Positions 45,601-54,260 are shown, counted from the stretch's first letter. The stretch: 64,000 bases of DNA from Acidimicrobiales bacterium (GCA_036268775.1 DATATM010000010.1:31951-95950), one strand, 5' to 3'. The notes: generated by a model not told the origin, from the sequence alone. Translations and numbers: made by a program.

Positions 45601-46109
45601 CACCCTCCCGGGGCCACGAACACGTCCCGGACGGCATCGTGCTGGCCGTGGTCGATCTCGTTCGGCTGCACCCGGTCGGTCACCGACCCGCCCTTGTCCA
45701 CCGTCATGCCCACATGAACCAGGCGATCGGGATCGTCCCAACTCACCACTTTGGGAGACACGATGCCGGCGTTGGAACGGAACGCCTCCTCCACCAGGAG
45801 GTGGACGGTGTCGGGGAAGAGGGCCACGTCGTCGTGACAGAACAGGAAGTAGGAGGCGCCGTCGACCATCGTCCGCACCTGGTTGGAGGTGGCCCCGTAG
45901 CCCTGGTTGTCCTCGAAGCGGCGCACATAGGCGGTGGGAAGCGAGGCCGCCACCCGGGCGGTCAGGTCCTCGGTGCTGGCGCAGTCGAGGACCAGGACCG
46001 ACAATTCGGCATAGTCCTGAGAGGCGAACGAGGCCAGCGTCTCGTCGAACCACTGGCCAGGATCATGAGCGACGATGACGGCGACGACTGGCGGAGCCAG
46101 CGATTCCAT
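42621..46109 (-). CDS. Family 2 glycosyltransferase fused to a large polytopic membrane domain
   Basis: ORF 42621..46112 (ATG 46109). N-terminal GT2 fold (VAVIVAHD, FCHDDV, GEDLDLCWR) followed by many TM segments and a C-terminal domain. Confidence 0.9.
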   Translation of the reverse strand: MESLAPPVVAVIVAHDPGQWFDETLASFASQDYAELSVLVLDCASTEDLTARVAASLPTAYVRRFEDNQGYGATSNQVRTMVDGASYFLFCHDDVALFPDTVHLLVEEAFRSNAGIVSPKVVSWDDPDRLVHVGMTVDKGGSVTDRVQPNEIDHGQHDAVRDVFVAPGGCTLVRADLFEELGGFDPTIVAMGEDLDLCWRAQVAGARIIVVPDARVRHLEELASGARPVEASLVGASHGKHRHPVTLQELQRRHELHAVFKCYGVFHLLRVLPQILVLTLGELVVAAVAGNRTRVRAVMSAWRWNFHRMGETWRQRRQVQSLRRLSDKEIRQLQVSGSARLSAYARRVLQLGFRGAHADELAFPGAEAEAGLSGVLDEFVDSDDDGVSRRRDAPYDQEAASPRGRLSGRVRLLSWLIAAFVVVVGSRSLLTGSIPSIGQFVPFPSWSSTFAQFGTGWHPWGVGSTSPGSPAYALVGSLGTVLFGAMGLTQKVLILACIPLGAWGMVRLVRPFGSERGALVAGIVYLAIPIPYDALALGRLGTLVVYAGVPWAFGHLFRYTGVAPFAPAPQVLPARTRAEVASQGPGHRRSRYNAGRPVGGRWLARHRTLRSLMLLGVLEAVMVSFVPAAAIVVVLAGAAVAVSSLVLGQPTTAVRALWLSLGSTLVAGILCLPWLIGVLAAGRGAIGVFGVAGPTSGAVSWGDLLRFSVGPIGNSPLAWAFGLAALLPLVLARGPRFGWAGRCWSIALVFWFAAWVIGRGWTGSLSIDPMILLGPAAAATAMAIGLGIAAFEEDLPASTFGWRQLATAGAVAAMAIGTVPTLVSALPGRWDLPQNDFSQTVAWMNAKAKTGAFRVLWVGDPRALNQGSWSAGNGLAYATSEDGAPNASWLWNAPGPGPATRLASALNVARTGRTNQLGSLLAPAGVRYVVEVTALAPIIPDVQTPTQYPAPADLGPALADQLDLQSVFSESGISVFQNNAWIPERAAVPASAPTATAAATAIATSASGTPNVLGVAPGTPFVPGAVPVLPGPPASSSYAGVVPAGTVLTALAPAGRWSLASAGGTPFPMSPAFGWAGQYRVASTGPAVLRFNGGPWAPLSVAFELILWVLVAAALVERRGVLRPWLRSVLGRRRRRRRSEPRRQIPELDLEEEGEDFGGLGG

Positions 46110-46405
46110 CAATCCGCCCCCTCGGCGCCGGCGAGCTCAGCCGGGCCGGAGCCGGGGGTCGGGTTCAGGTCCCGTCCGGGCCGGGTTCCCGCCGCCGGAC
46201 TTCCTGGTCGGGGTCGAATTCGGCCGACGAGCCGGGTAGGGGGAAGAGCCGAGGATCCTTTGGGGTTGGAGCCGTGAAACCGGTCGGCTTCAGCCGTCAG
46301 AGAAGTCACCAGGGTCAGAGGCTATCGGCCCAGGCGAGCCAAAGGGGAAATACCGTGGTCAGCGCCAACATCGGCAGAACCGGGCGAAATCAGCCCGCTG
46401 AGTGC

Positions 46406-46434
46406 TTGCAAATGTTTAACACTTCGGATACACT
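46406..46434 (+). promoter_or_regulatory. Candidate sigma-70-type promoter
   Basis: TTGCAA (46406-46411), a 17-nt spacer, then TACACT (46429-46434), in an AT-richer pocket about 65 nt upstream of the 46501/46507 ATGs. Confidence 0.45.
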
Positions 46435-46500
46435 TGTATCTACACGCAACCGGCCCAGCCTCACTGAACCGGCGGCGGAGACACCGTCTAACGCAGGGAG

Positions 46501-46887
46501 ATGAAGATGCCAGAGATCAATACGAACATCAATAAAGCCGCCCAGGACATCACCAACGTGGCCAAGGATGCCGCTTACGTGGTCATCGGGGCCGGAGTCC
46601 TCGGTTACCAGAAGGCCCAGGTTCAGCGCCAGGATCTTCTCAAGCGCATCGGCGACCCCCGGACCGCGGTCGAAGGCCGCCTCAAGGGTGCCCGCACCGA
46701 CTTGAGTGGTGCCCTCCACACCGTGGATGCCCAGATCGAGGACGTCCTTTCCAAGGTCGAAGCCCGACTGGTGCCCCTCGAGGACCGTCTGCCCACCCCG
46801 GCCCGTGACCTGGCCAAGCAAGTCCGCACCCAGGCCAAGGAGACCGGCTCGCAGATCCGCGGTCGGATTCTCACCGCCGCCGGCTGA
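46501..46887 (+). CDS. Small coiled-coil protein, hypothetical (HbhA/apolipoprotein-like helical pattern)
   Basis: ORF 46501..46887. AGGGAG at 46495-46500 favours the second ATG at 46507. Heptad-like charged helices. Confidence 0.7.
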   Translation: MKMPEINTNINKAAQDITNVAKDAAYVVIGAGVLGYQKAQVQRQDLLKRIGDPRTAVEGRLKGARTDLSGALHTVDAQIEDVLSKVEARLVPLEDRLPTPARDLAKQVRTQAKETGSQIRGRILTAAG

Positions 46888-46898
46888 ATCCAACAGAT

Positions 46899-47036
46899 GC
46901 GACGGCGATAGACCACCCCCCCCGGTCGTCGCCGGTGCAGGCCTCGCCCCTCCGTGGGTTGCAGGCCAGTGATGGACCGGAAACCCCCCCTTCCGGTCCA
47001 CGTGAAGAACGGTCCGCCCCGTGCGGGCCGTTCTTC
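46899..47036 (+). ncRNA. Candidate 6C-family sRNA (two C-loop hairpins plus terminator hairpin)
   Basis: Hairpin 1 pairs 46899-46906 with 46925-46932, and its loop contains C8 (46916-46923). Hairpin 2 pairs GGACCGGAA with TTCCGGTCC (46974-46999), with loop A+C7. A strong third hairpin sits at 47004-47036. Confidence 0.4.
47004..47036 (+). terminator. Strong stem-loop (14 bp including one G-U), terminator-like
   Basis: GAAGAACGGTCCGC-cccgt-GCGGGCCGTTCTTC. No U-tract follows, which is common for actinobacterial terminators. Confidence 0.5.
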
Positions 47037-47069
47037 GCGTCCGGAGCCGGTTCGTGGCCCGGGTCCAAT

Positions 47070-47101
47070 ACTACGTCTTGCGTAACTACGTCTGGCGTAG
47101 T
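47070..47101. promoter_or_regulatory. Candidate PadR operator (tandem 15-bp repeat of palindromic half-sites)
   Basis: ACTACGTCTTGCGTA (47070-47084) followed directly by ACTACGTCTGGCGTA (47085-47099). Each contains TACG-n5-CGTA. Lies 12-43 nt upstream of the padR ATG. Confidence 0.5.
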
Positions 47102-47112
47102 AACGTTCGGGT

Positions 47113-47487
47113 ATGGCACGAACCTCCGGCACCACCACCCACCGGCCCAACGATCCCCCGATCCTGATCCTCACCAGTCTGGCCGGGGGCCCCAAACACG
47201 GGCACGCCCTCTCCAAGGACATCGAAGGCTTCGCCGGGGTGGTCCTCGGACCCGGCGCCCTCTACGGCGCCATCACCCGGTTGGAGGAGCGAGGTCTGAT
47301 CGAGCCGCTGGAGTCCGACGACCGTCGCCGTCCCTATCGGATCTCCGCCACCGGGTCCGCCTACCTGGCCGAGGCGGTGGGGGAGATGCAGCGCCTCGCC
47401 GATGAAGGCGCCCGCCGCCTGGCCGTCGCCAACTCGGTGACCCCCCCATCTCGACGGGGCCCGAGGATCGCCGGGAGCCCGGCATGA
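47113..47487 (+). CDS. PadR family transcriptional regulator
   Basis: ORF 47113..47487. ILILTSLAGGPKHGHALSKDIE...GPGALYGAITRLEERGLIE. Confidence 0.9.
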   Translation: MARTSGTTTHRPNDPPILILTSLAGGPKHGHALSKDIEGFAGVVLGPGALYGAITRLEERGLIEPLESDDRRRPYRISATGSAYLAEAVGEMQRLADEGARRLAVANSVTPPSRRGPRIAGSPA

Positions 47488-48443
47488 GCGCCGAGGAGCT
47501 GGAGATGGGGACCGGCCGGATGCCGGGGCCGATGCTCCGCTGGTATCCGTCGGGGTGGCGGGCCCGCTACGGCGACGAGTTCGCGGCGATGGTGGAGGAC
47601 GACCTCGGGGGACGGTCACCCACCCTCCGCTACCGGTGGTCGATTGCCCGGTCGGGGATGGGCGAGCGCCTGCGCAGCGCCGGTCTGGTCGGCGACTCGG
47701 TACCGCCGCCGGAGCGGGTGCGGGGCGGTGCCTTCACCGTGCTGTGTGCGTTTGCCCTCTTCGTCATCCCCGGCGCTGGCTTCGCCAAGATCAGCGAGCA
47801 CTGGGACGAGTCGATCTCCCGGGGGCCCCGGCATCTGCCCGCCGTCTCCTTCAACCTGTTGGCGTCGCTGGCCGGGGCGTGTTCTGTCGCGGTGCTGCTC
47901 GGGGCCCTCGCCGTCCTCCCTACCTTCCTCCGTTTCGTGCGGGATGGCGGGTGGTCGACCATCCGCCGACGGGTGATCTGGGCGGTGGCCGCCTCGCTGG
48001 GCACCGCCGCCACCACGGTGGCCCTGGCCGTCTGGTCCGGGCATCTCACCTACCACCAGCGCAACCACGGGTTCGGGTGGTACCAACTCCTGTTCACCGT
48101 CTTCGTGATCCTGTTCGCCTCCACCATCGCCACCTGGTCAGCGGCGGCCGTCGCTGCCACTCGCCACCTCCACCTCCGAACCGGTCAGCTCAAGGTCACC
48201 GGCTCGTTGGCCGTCGCCGTCGCCGTCTGCATGCCGGTCATGACCGGCGGCGCCGCCGTCTGGTGGGGAGCCATGGCCACCACCGCGCCTTGGTTCCTGG
48301 CCGGAACCGCTCCCGGAAGCTCCCCGTCACCGTTGGCCGCCAACCTGCTGGCCGTGCTCATTGCGATGACGATCGCATCGGCCTTCGGCCTGCTCGGGCT
48401 CCTTCGGGTGGTCCGTTCGTGGCGTCTGTTGCCGAGCGTCTGA
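47484..48443 (+). CDS. PadR-associated integral membrane protein, hypothetical
   Basis: ORF 47484..48443. The ATG overlaps the padR stop (ATGA). About 6 TM segments. Confidence 0.75.
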   Translation: MSAEELEMGTGRMPGPMLRWYPSGWRARYGDEFAAMVEDDLGGRSPTLRYRWSIARSGMGERLRSAGLVGDSVPPPERVRGGAFTVLCAFALFVIPGAGFAKISEHWDESISRGPRHLPAVSFNLLASLAGACSVAVLLGALAVLPTFLRFVRDGGWSTIRRRVIWAVAASLGTAATTVALAVWSGHLTYHQRNHGFGWYQLLFTVFVILFASTIATWSAAAVAATRHLHLRTGQLKVTGSLAVAVAVCMPVMTGGAAVWWGAMATTAPWFLAGTAPGSSPSPLAANLLAVLIAMTIASAFGLLGLLRVVRSWRLLPSV

Positions 48444-48454
48444 GTCGCCGCCCG

Positions 48455-49354
48455 TCAGTCGGTGCGAGCGCGCCAGTAGGCGAGGATGTCGGCCAGGGTT
48501 TCGTCCAGAGGAATCTTCGGCTCCCAGCCGGTGGCCGCCTGCAGACGGGAGGGATCGCCGCGCAACACCGGGACCTCCACCGGGCGCATCAGGTCGGGGT
48601 CGGTCTCGAACTTGAGGGAAGCGCCGGTCAGGGCCAGCAGCTCGTCGGCGATCTCTTTGATCTCCACGTCGCGGCCCGAACAGACGTTGTAGACGGTCCC
48701 CGGCTCCCCCGACTCGATCAGCCTCCGGTAGGCCCGCACCACGTCCCGCACATCGGTGAAGTCGCGCCGAGCGGTCAGGTTCCCGACCGGAATCGAGCTG
48801 GTTCCCTGGCGCTCGGCGTCCACCATCCGTTTGGTCAGGGCCGGCACCGCGAAGTCGGGCGTCTGTCCGGGCCCGATGTGGTTGAAGGGCCGCACGGTGA
48901 TCACCGATTGCCCGTGGCCCAGGAAGGCTTGCTGCACCAGCGCCTCGGCGGCCAGTTTGCTGGCGGCATAGGGGGTGAGCGGAGCGGTGGGCGAATCCTC
49001 GGTGAGAGGCAGCCGGGACGGGTCGGTGACCGCCCCGTAGACCTCGGCGGAACTGGTGACCAGCACCCGCGGGTCGGTGCCGCATTCGCGGGCGGCGGCC
49101 AGCAACACCGCGGTGCCGATCACGTTGACTTGCAGGACCTGGAGGGGATCGTCCCAGGACTTCCCGACGTGGGTGAGGGCGGCCAGATGGTAGATGGCGT
49201 CAGGGGCGGCTTTGACCAGCGCCGAGAGCAACGCCGAGGGATCGGTGACGTCGACTTCCCGGTCGATGGCCACCACATCGTCGCCCAGCTCGACCAGATG
49301 GTCGGCGAGCCAGTGACCTACAAATCCGCGACCGCCGGTGATGAGGGAGCGCAC
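48455..49354 (-). CDS. NAD-dependent epimerase/dehydratase (GDP-4-keto-6-deoxy-D-mannose reductase-like)
   Basis: ORF 48455..49354. TGGRGFVG Rossmann motif and YAASK catalytic motif. Last gene of the GT4 string. Confidence 0.85.
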   Translation of the reverse strand: MRSLITGGRGFVGHWLADHLVELGDDVVAIDREVDVTDPSALLSALVKAAPDAIYHLAALTHVGKSWDDPLQVLQVNVIGTAVLLAAARECGTDPRVLVTSSAEVYGAVTDPSRLPLTEDSPTAPLTPYAASKLAAEALVQQAFLGHGQSVITVRPFNHIGPGQTPDFAVPALTKRMVDAERQGTSSIPVGNLTARRDFTDVRDVVRAYRRLIESGEPGTVYNVCSGRDVEIKEIADELLALTGASLKFETDPDLMRPVEVPVLRGDPSRLQAATGWEPKIPLDETLADILAYWRARTD

Positions 49355-49360
49355 GTCGGG

Positions 49361-50575
49361 TCACCCTACTGGGTCCGACGACCGTTCCGGCCCGACCGGG
49401 CCTTTCCCGGCCGCCAGCCGATACGCCTCCATGTGCCGGTCGGCGCTGGCCGCCCAGGTGTGCCGGGCGGCGATCTCCAGCCCCCGCTGCCGGCGTCCGG
49501 GGTCGGGATCAGGCCCGTCCAGGACCGACTCCAAGGCGCCCCCCAAGGCAGCGGCGTCTCCGGGCGGAACCAGGATGGCGGCATCACCGGCCACCTCCTC
49601 CATGGCCGACCCCGAGGTGGTGACCACCACCGCGCCGCAGGCCAGGGCTTCCAGCGCCGGGAGGCCGAAACCCTCGTAGAGCGCCGGATAGACGACCGCC
49701 ACCGCCGAGCGGAACAGTGCGGGGATGACCTCGTCGGGCAGGTACCCGGTGCGGATGATCCGATCGCCGACGCCCGACGCCGCCACCGCCTCCTCCACCT
49801 GGGAGGCACCCCAGCCGGCCCCCCCGGCCAGCACCAGGCGGACGTCGGGGTGGCGCTCGGCCACCTGAGTGAAGGCTCGCACCAGGGTGGGCACGTCCTT
49901 CCTCGGTTCGAGGGTGCCGACGAAGGCGAGGAACGGCGGGCCGTCGGTGAGCGAGACCCGGGATCCGGCGGGGGTGGGGAGGGCGGAGAGGAGGGCGACG
50001 TCCGATCCCGGGGAGGGTTCAGACGGGCGGAAGCGGTCGAGATCGACCCCGTGGTGAGCCACCACCACCTGGGCGTCCACCTGACACCAGCGGACCAGTT
50101 GGTCCGCCGTCGCCTGGCTCGGACACACCACCACCGCCGCCCGGCGGGCGGCCACCTTGATGGCGCGGGTGAACAACCACACCTTCGAGCGCTCGTGCCA
50201 CTCGGGCTCCTCGAAGAAGCTCAGGTCGTGCACCGTCACCACCGCCGGCACCTTCGAGCGCTCCGGCATCGTGTAGTGGGGACCGTGATGGACGGCCACC
50301 GCCTGGCGGTTGAGGAGTGACGGCAGGCCGACTTGTTCCCAGGCCAGGCGGAGCGGGCGACGCTCGGGGGCGGTGGCCACCAGGCCGGCCTCGGGAGCGA
50401 CCCCGGCCCAGCGGGCCCGGTCACCCCGCCGGGCCACCACCACCAGATCGAGGTCGGGTCGGGGCGACAGCGCCCGGGCCAGTTGGAGGGTGTACTGGCC
50501 GGCACCCACCGGGCGCGCCGGCACCGCGGTCACATCGAGGGACACCCGCAAGCGCTCAGCCCCCACGTCGCCCAC
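49361..50575 (-). CDS. Glycosyltransferase family 4 (GT-B, group 1)
   Basis: ORF 49361..50575. GTG starts at 50575, 50566 or 50545 are all possible. YPALYEGFGLPALEALACG motif. Confidence 0.88.
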   Translation of the reverse strand: MGDVGAERLRVSLDVTAVPARPVGAGQYTLQLARALSPRPDLDLVVVARRGDRARWAGVAPEAGLVATAPERRPLRLAWEQVGLPSLLNRQAVAVHHGPHYTMPERSKVPAVVTVHDLSFFEEPEWHERSKVWLFTRAIKVAARRAAVVVCPSQATADQLVRWCQVDAQVVVAHHGVDLDRFRPSEPSPGSDVALLSALPTPAGSRVSLTDGPPFLAFVGTLEPRKDVPTLVRAFTQVAERHPDVRLVLAGGAGWGASQVEEAVAASGVGDRIIRTGYLPDEVIPALFRSAVAVVYPALYEGFGLPALEALACGAVVVTTSGSAMEEVAGDAAILVPPGDAAALGGALESVLDGPDPDPGRRQRGLEIAARHTWAASADRHMEAYRLAAGKGPVGPERSSDPVG

Positions 50576-51677
50576 CTCGATGGGCCCGGGCCTCGTCCCA
50601 CACCGCGATGTGGCGCTGGGCGATGGTCGACCATTTGAGCTCCGCCGCCCGGTGCCGGCCGGCCACTTGCAGCCGGGCCCGCTCGGCGTCGTCGGTGGCC
50701 ACCGTCAGCAACCCGGCGGCGATCGACCCGTTGTCCCGGGGGTCGACCTCGAAGGCGGCGCCGGCGGTGCTCGGCAGCGGGCTGGCCACCACCGGGGTCC
50801 CGAACACCATCGCCTCCACCGGGGGGAGCCCGAACCCTTCGATGAGCGGCACGTAGGCCAGGAGCCGGGCCATCGAGTAGAGCCCCGACAGTTCCCCGGG
50901 GGTCACCAACCCGGCCAGGATCACCCCGGGGCCGGGACGGACCTGTTCGCCCCAGCCGCTGGGCCCGACCATCACCAGCGGCCAGGGTTCGGGCAGCGAC
51001 TCCCGGATCCTCCCGTAGCTCTCGGTCAGCCGGTGGAGGTTCTTCCGGGGCTCGAGGGTGCCGACGCTCAACAGGAACGGCCCCTGGACCCCGATCCGCT
51101 CCAGCAGTGCCGCCCCCGCCTCCAGGTCAGGAGGGGGAAGGTGATCGCACCCCATCGGGATGACGGTGATGGTGGCGGGATCGGCTCCCGCCCGTTCCAG
51201 GTCGGTGGCCACCGGATCGGAGGTCACGATGAACCGGTCGGCCCGGCGCAGCGCCCGGTGCAACGCCGCCTCGTGCCACGCCTTTCCCCGGGGCGGGTAG
51301 GCCTCCGGCAGCCGGCGCCACAACAGGTCGTGCACGGTGGAGACCAGGGCGGCGTCCCCGGGCTCGAGGGTGGCCAGCGACACCGCGTGGATGACGTCGA
51401 ACCCTCTTGGTGCTCGCAGCCACCCCCGGTCCCACCCCCGGGTGAGGAGCGGCCCGGGGAGCACGGAGTTGTGCACCGGATAGGGGAACCCGGCCAACGG
51501 GTCGGGTTGTCCCGGCCCACCGCGGCGGGGCCGGCTGGCCAACAGCTCGACGTCGGGCACCTCACCGGCATCGAGCTCGCCGAGCCCCTGCAGGAGCCCC
51601 CGGGCATAGGTGCCGATGCCGCCGGGGGTGGCCCTCCGCAGCTGTTCGACCACCATCAACAACCGGGTCCGGGTCAT
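50556..51677 (-). CDS. Glycosyltransferase family 4
   Basis: ORF 50556..51746 trimmed to ATG 51677, which overlaps the upstream stop (ATGA). LAYVPLIEGFGLPPVEAMVFG motif. Confidence 0.88.
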   Translation of the reverse strand: MTRTRLLMVVEQLRRATPGGIGTYARGLLQGLGELDAGEVPDVELLASRPRRGGPGQPDPLAGFPYPVHNSVLPGPLLTRGWDRGWLRAPRGFDVIHAVSLATLEPGDAALVSTVHDLLWRRLPEAYPPRGKAWHEAALHRALRRADRFIVTSDPVATDLERAGADPATITVIPMGCDHLPPPDLEAGAALLERIGVQGPFLLSVGTLEPRKNLHRLTESYGRIRESLPEPWPLVMVGPSGWGEQVRPGPGVILAGLVTPGELSGLYSMARLLAYVPLIEGFGLPPVEAMVFGTPVVASPLPSTAGAAFEVDPRDNGSIAAGLLTVATDDAERARLQVAGRHRAAELKWSTIAQRHIAVWDEARAHRGGRRGG

Positions 51678-52870
51678 GGCTGTCGCCCGGCCGATTGCCG
51701 CTGCTCCCAGGCGTCCCGATAGAGGCGGTCGAGGCCGTCGGCACACCTCGACCAGCTGAACCCGGCGGCCCGTCGGTGCCCCCGAGCGATGAGTGCCTCA
51801 ATGTCGGCCCCCCCTTCGAGCACCCGGGTCAGGGCCTCGGCCAGCGCCTGAGTGTCCCCTCCCCCGACCAGGATCGCACCGTCCCTCACCACCTCGGGGA
51901 TCGCCCCCACCGCGGTGGTCACCACCGGGACCCCGGCCGCCATGGCCTGCACCGGGGGGAACCCGAAGCCCTCGTAGACCGACGGGTAGGCCAGCACCGC
52001 CGCCTGGCGGAGAGCCACCGCCAAGGCAGCGTCGTCGAGATAGCCGGGGCGCAGGATCCGGTCCCGCACCGGCGAGGTGGCGATGGCGTCGGCCAGCCGT
52101 TCGGACCCCCAGCCGTCGGCGCCGACGATGACCAGGGCCGCCTCCGGGTGGGCCCGGCTCACCGAGGTGAACGCCTCCACCAGCGACGGGTAGTCCTTCC
52201 GGGGCTCGACCGTCCCGATGGCCAGGACATACCGCGAGGTCCCCTCCGGCAGCTGGAACCCCGGCCCGGAGGCGGCGTCACCTCCGGCCAGCACCGGGAT
52301 GCCGTGGTGCACGGCGCGGACCCGGTCGGGATCGACTCCGAAGGCGTCGACAACTTCGGCGGCCACGAAGGCGGAAGGGGTGTGGACCCAGGCCCCGTCG
52401 GCCACCGCCCGCCGGATCAGCGCCGGGTACTCGAGGGTCGGCCGGTCGCACATCTCCGGGAACCGGACGACCGTCAGGTCGTGGACGGTGACCACCCGCG
52501 CCGCCCGTCGGGCCGGCGGCACCACGAAGTTGGTGCCGTGGACCACCTGGCGTGCCCCGACGAACCACTCGAGGGGAGGGAGGGAGGAGTGGGCCCAGGC
52601 CACCCGTAGCGGGCGGGCCAGCATGGTTCGCTGCCGGCTCGACACCCGGGAGGGGACGAGGTCGGGGACGTCCCGCCGACGCCTCCAGCTGATGGCGAAG
52701 GCGGAGACGTCGAGGTCGTCCCGGGCGGCCAGCCCGCCGAGGGCGCCGGCACAGAAGGCCCCGACCCCGGTCGGACGGCCGAGCAGTGGGGTGGCGTCGA
52801 GGGCGACCGCCAGTGGGACCGGTTCGACAGGCGTAGCGGGTTCCGGCGGCACCCCGGGAGCCTTGCACAT
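51674..52870 (-). CDS. Glycosyltransferase family 4 (tandem duplicate A)
   Basis: ORF 51674..53065 trimmed to ATG 52870 (MCKAPGVPPEP...). YPSVYEGFGFPPVQAMAAG motif. Confidence 0.88.
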   Translation of the reverse strand: MCKAPGVPPEPATPVEPVPLAVALDATPLLGRPTGVGAFCAGALGGLAARDDLDVSAFAISWRRRRDVPDLVPSRVSSRQRTMLARPLRVAWAHSSLPPLEWFVGARQVVHGTNFVVPPARRAARVVTVHDLTVVRFPEMCDRPTLEYPALIRRAVADGAWVHTPSAFVAAEVVDAFGVDPDRVRAVHHGIPVLAGGDAASGPGFQLPEGTSRYVLAIGTVEPRKDYPSLVEAFTSVSRAHPEAALVIVGADGWGSERLADAIATSPVRDRILRPGYLDDAALAVALRQAAVLAYPSVYEGFGFPPVQAMAAGVPVVTTAVGAIPEVVRDGAILVGGGDTQALAEALTRVLEGGADIEALIARGHRRAAGFSWSRCADGLDRLYRDAWEQRQSAGRQP

Positions 52871-53081
52871 CCGCTGTCGCCGGCTGGTCCGTCCCACCCG
52901 TCGACCGAGGGGGCTGGTGACGCCGTGAGCAGGCCCGATGGCGGTTTTAACCTCGGTCCAATTTTGGGTGTTCGGATGGGCCACGCCGGGAGGGTGGCGG
53001 CCGGTCCGGGGCTGGATACTGTCGGGGGCGACGAGACTGGTTGAGCCCCCACCACCGGGGCTCACCCCGACAGTAGGTCCG

Positions 53082-54260
53082 TCATCCCCGGGACGCCCAG
53101 GCGTCCCGATAGAGACCGTCGAGCCCCTCGGCGCACCTCGACCAGCTGAACTCGGCAGCCCGCTGGCGGCCCCGGGCGACGAGCGCCTCGATGTCGGCTC
53201 CCCCGTCCAGCACGTGGACCAGCGCCTCGGCCAGCGCCTGGCTGTCGCCGCCCCTCACCAGCACCGCGCCGTCTCCCACTACCTCGGGGATCGCCCCCAC
53301 CGCGGTGGCTACCACCGGAACCCCGGCGGCCATGGCTTGTAGGGGCGGGAACCCGAAGCCCTCGTAGACCGACGGGTAGGCCAACGCCGCCGCCCGCTGC
53401 AGGGTCACCGCCAGGGCGTCGTCATCGAGGTAGCCGGGACGCACGATCCGCTCCCCCACCGGGGAAGACCGGATGGCGTCGGCCAGCCGGTCCGCCCCCC
53501 AGCCGTCGGCGCCGACGATGACCAGGGCCACCTCCGGGTGGGCCCGGCTCACCGAAGTGAACGCCTCCACCAAGGACGGGTAGTCCTTCCGGGGCTCGAC
53601 GGTGCCGATGGCCGCCACGTACCGCGACGTCCCCTCCGGCAGCGGAAACCGGAGTTCGGCACCGGGCCGGCTGCCCCCGAGTCCGGGGATGCCCAAGGGC
53701 ACCGACCGGACCCGACCGGGATCGACCCCGAAGTGGTCGATCACTTCGGCGGCCACGAACTCGGAGTCGGTGTGGACCCAGGCCCCGTCGGCCACCGCCC
53801 TCCGGATCCGGGCCGGGTACTCGAGGGTCGCCGGGCCGCACATCTCCGGGAACCGGACGACGGTGAGATCGTGCACGGTCACCACCCGCGCCGCCCGGCG
53901 GGTGGGCGGCACCACGAAGTTGGTTCCGTGGACGACCTGCTGGGGTCCGATGAACCACTCGATGGGAGGAAGCCGGGAATGGGACCAGGCGACCCGGAGG
54001 GGGCGGTCGGGCATTGCCCGCTGGCGGGTGGACACCCCGGGGGGGACGTGGGCCACGATTCCCATCCGCCGTCTCCAGCTGATGGCGAAGGCAGAGACGT
54101 CGAGGTCGTCCCGGGCGGCCAGCCCGCCGAGGGCTCCGGCGCAGAAGGCCCCGACCCCGGTCGAACGGCCGAGGAGCGGGGTGGCGTCGAGGGCGACGGC
54201 CAGACGACCCGGGGCGACAATCGCTGAGGGCTCCGGCGGCACCCGGGGAGCCTTGCACAT
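53082..54260 (-). CDS. Glycosyltransferase family 4 (tandem duplicate B)
   Basis: ORF 53082..54338 trimmed to ATG 54260 (MCKAPRVPPEP...). Roughly four in five residues are identical to copy A by eye. Confidence 0.88.
   Translation of the reverse strand: MCKAPRVPPEPSAIVAPGRLAVALDATPLLGRSTGVGAFCAGALGGLAARDDLDVSAFAISWRRRMGIVAHVPPGVSTRQRAMPDRPLRVAWSHSRLPPIEWFIGPQQVVHGTNFVVPPTRRAARVVTVHDLTVVRFPEMCGPATLEYPARIRRAVADGAWVHTDSEFVAAEVIDHFGVDPGRVRSVPLGIPGLGGSRPGAELRFPLPEGTSRYVAAIGTVEPRKDYPSLVEAFTSVSRAHPEVALVIVGADGWGADRLADAIRSSPVGERIVRPGYLDDDALAVTLQRAAALAYPSVYEGFGFPPLQAMAAGVPVVATAVGAIPEVVGDGAVLVRGGDSQALAEALVHVLDGGADIEALVARGRQRAAEFSWSRCAEGLDGLYRDAWASRG

Noticed and set aside
46109-46309. A 66-aa ORF whose stop overlaps the ATG of the big GT2 gene, possibly a coupled leader peptide.
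   Set aside because: Hand-counted third-position GC is about 68%, clearly below neighbouring real genes. The product is a disordered Pro/Gly/Arg string with no recognisable family. I treat it as 5' UTR.
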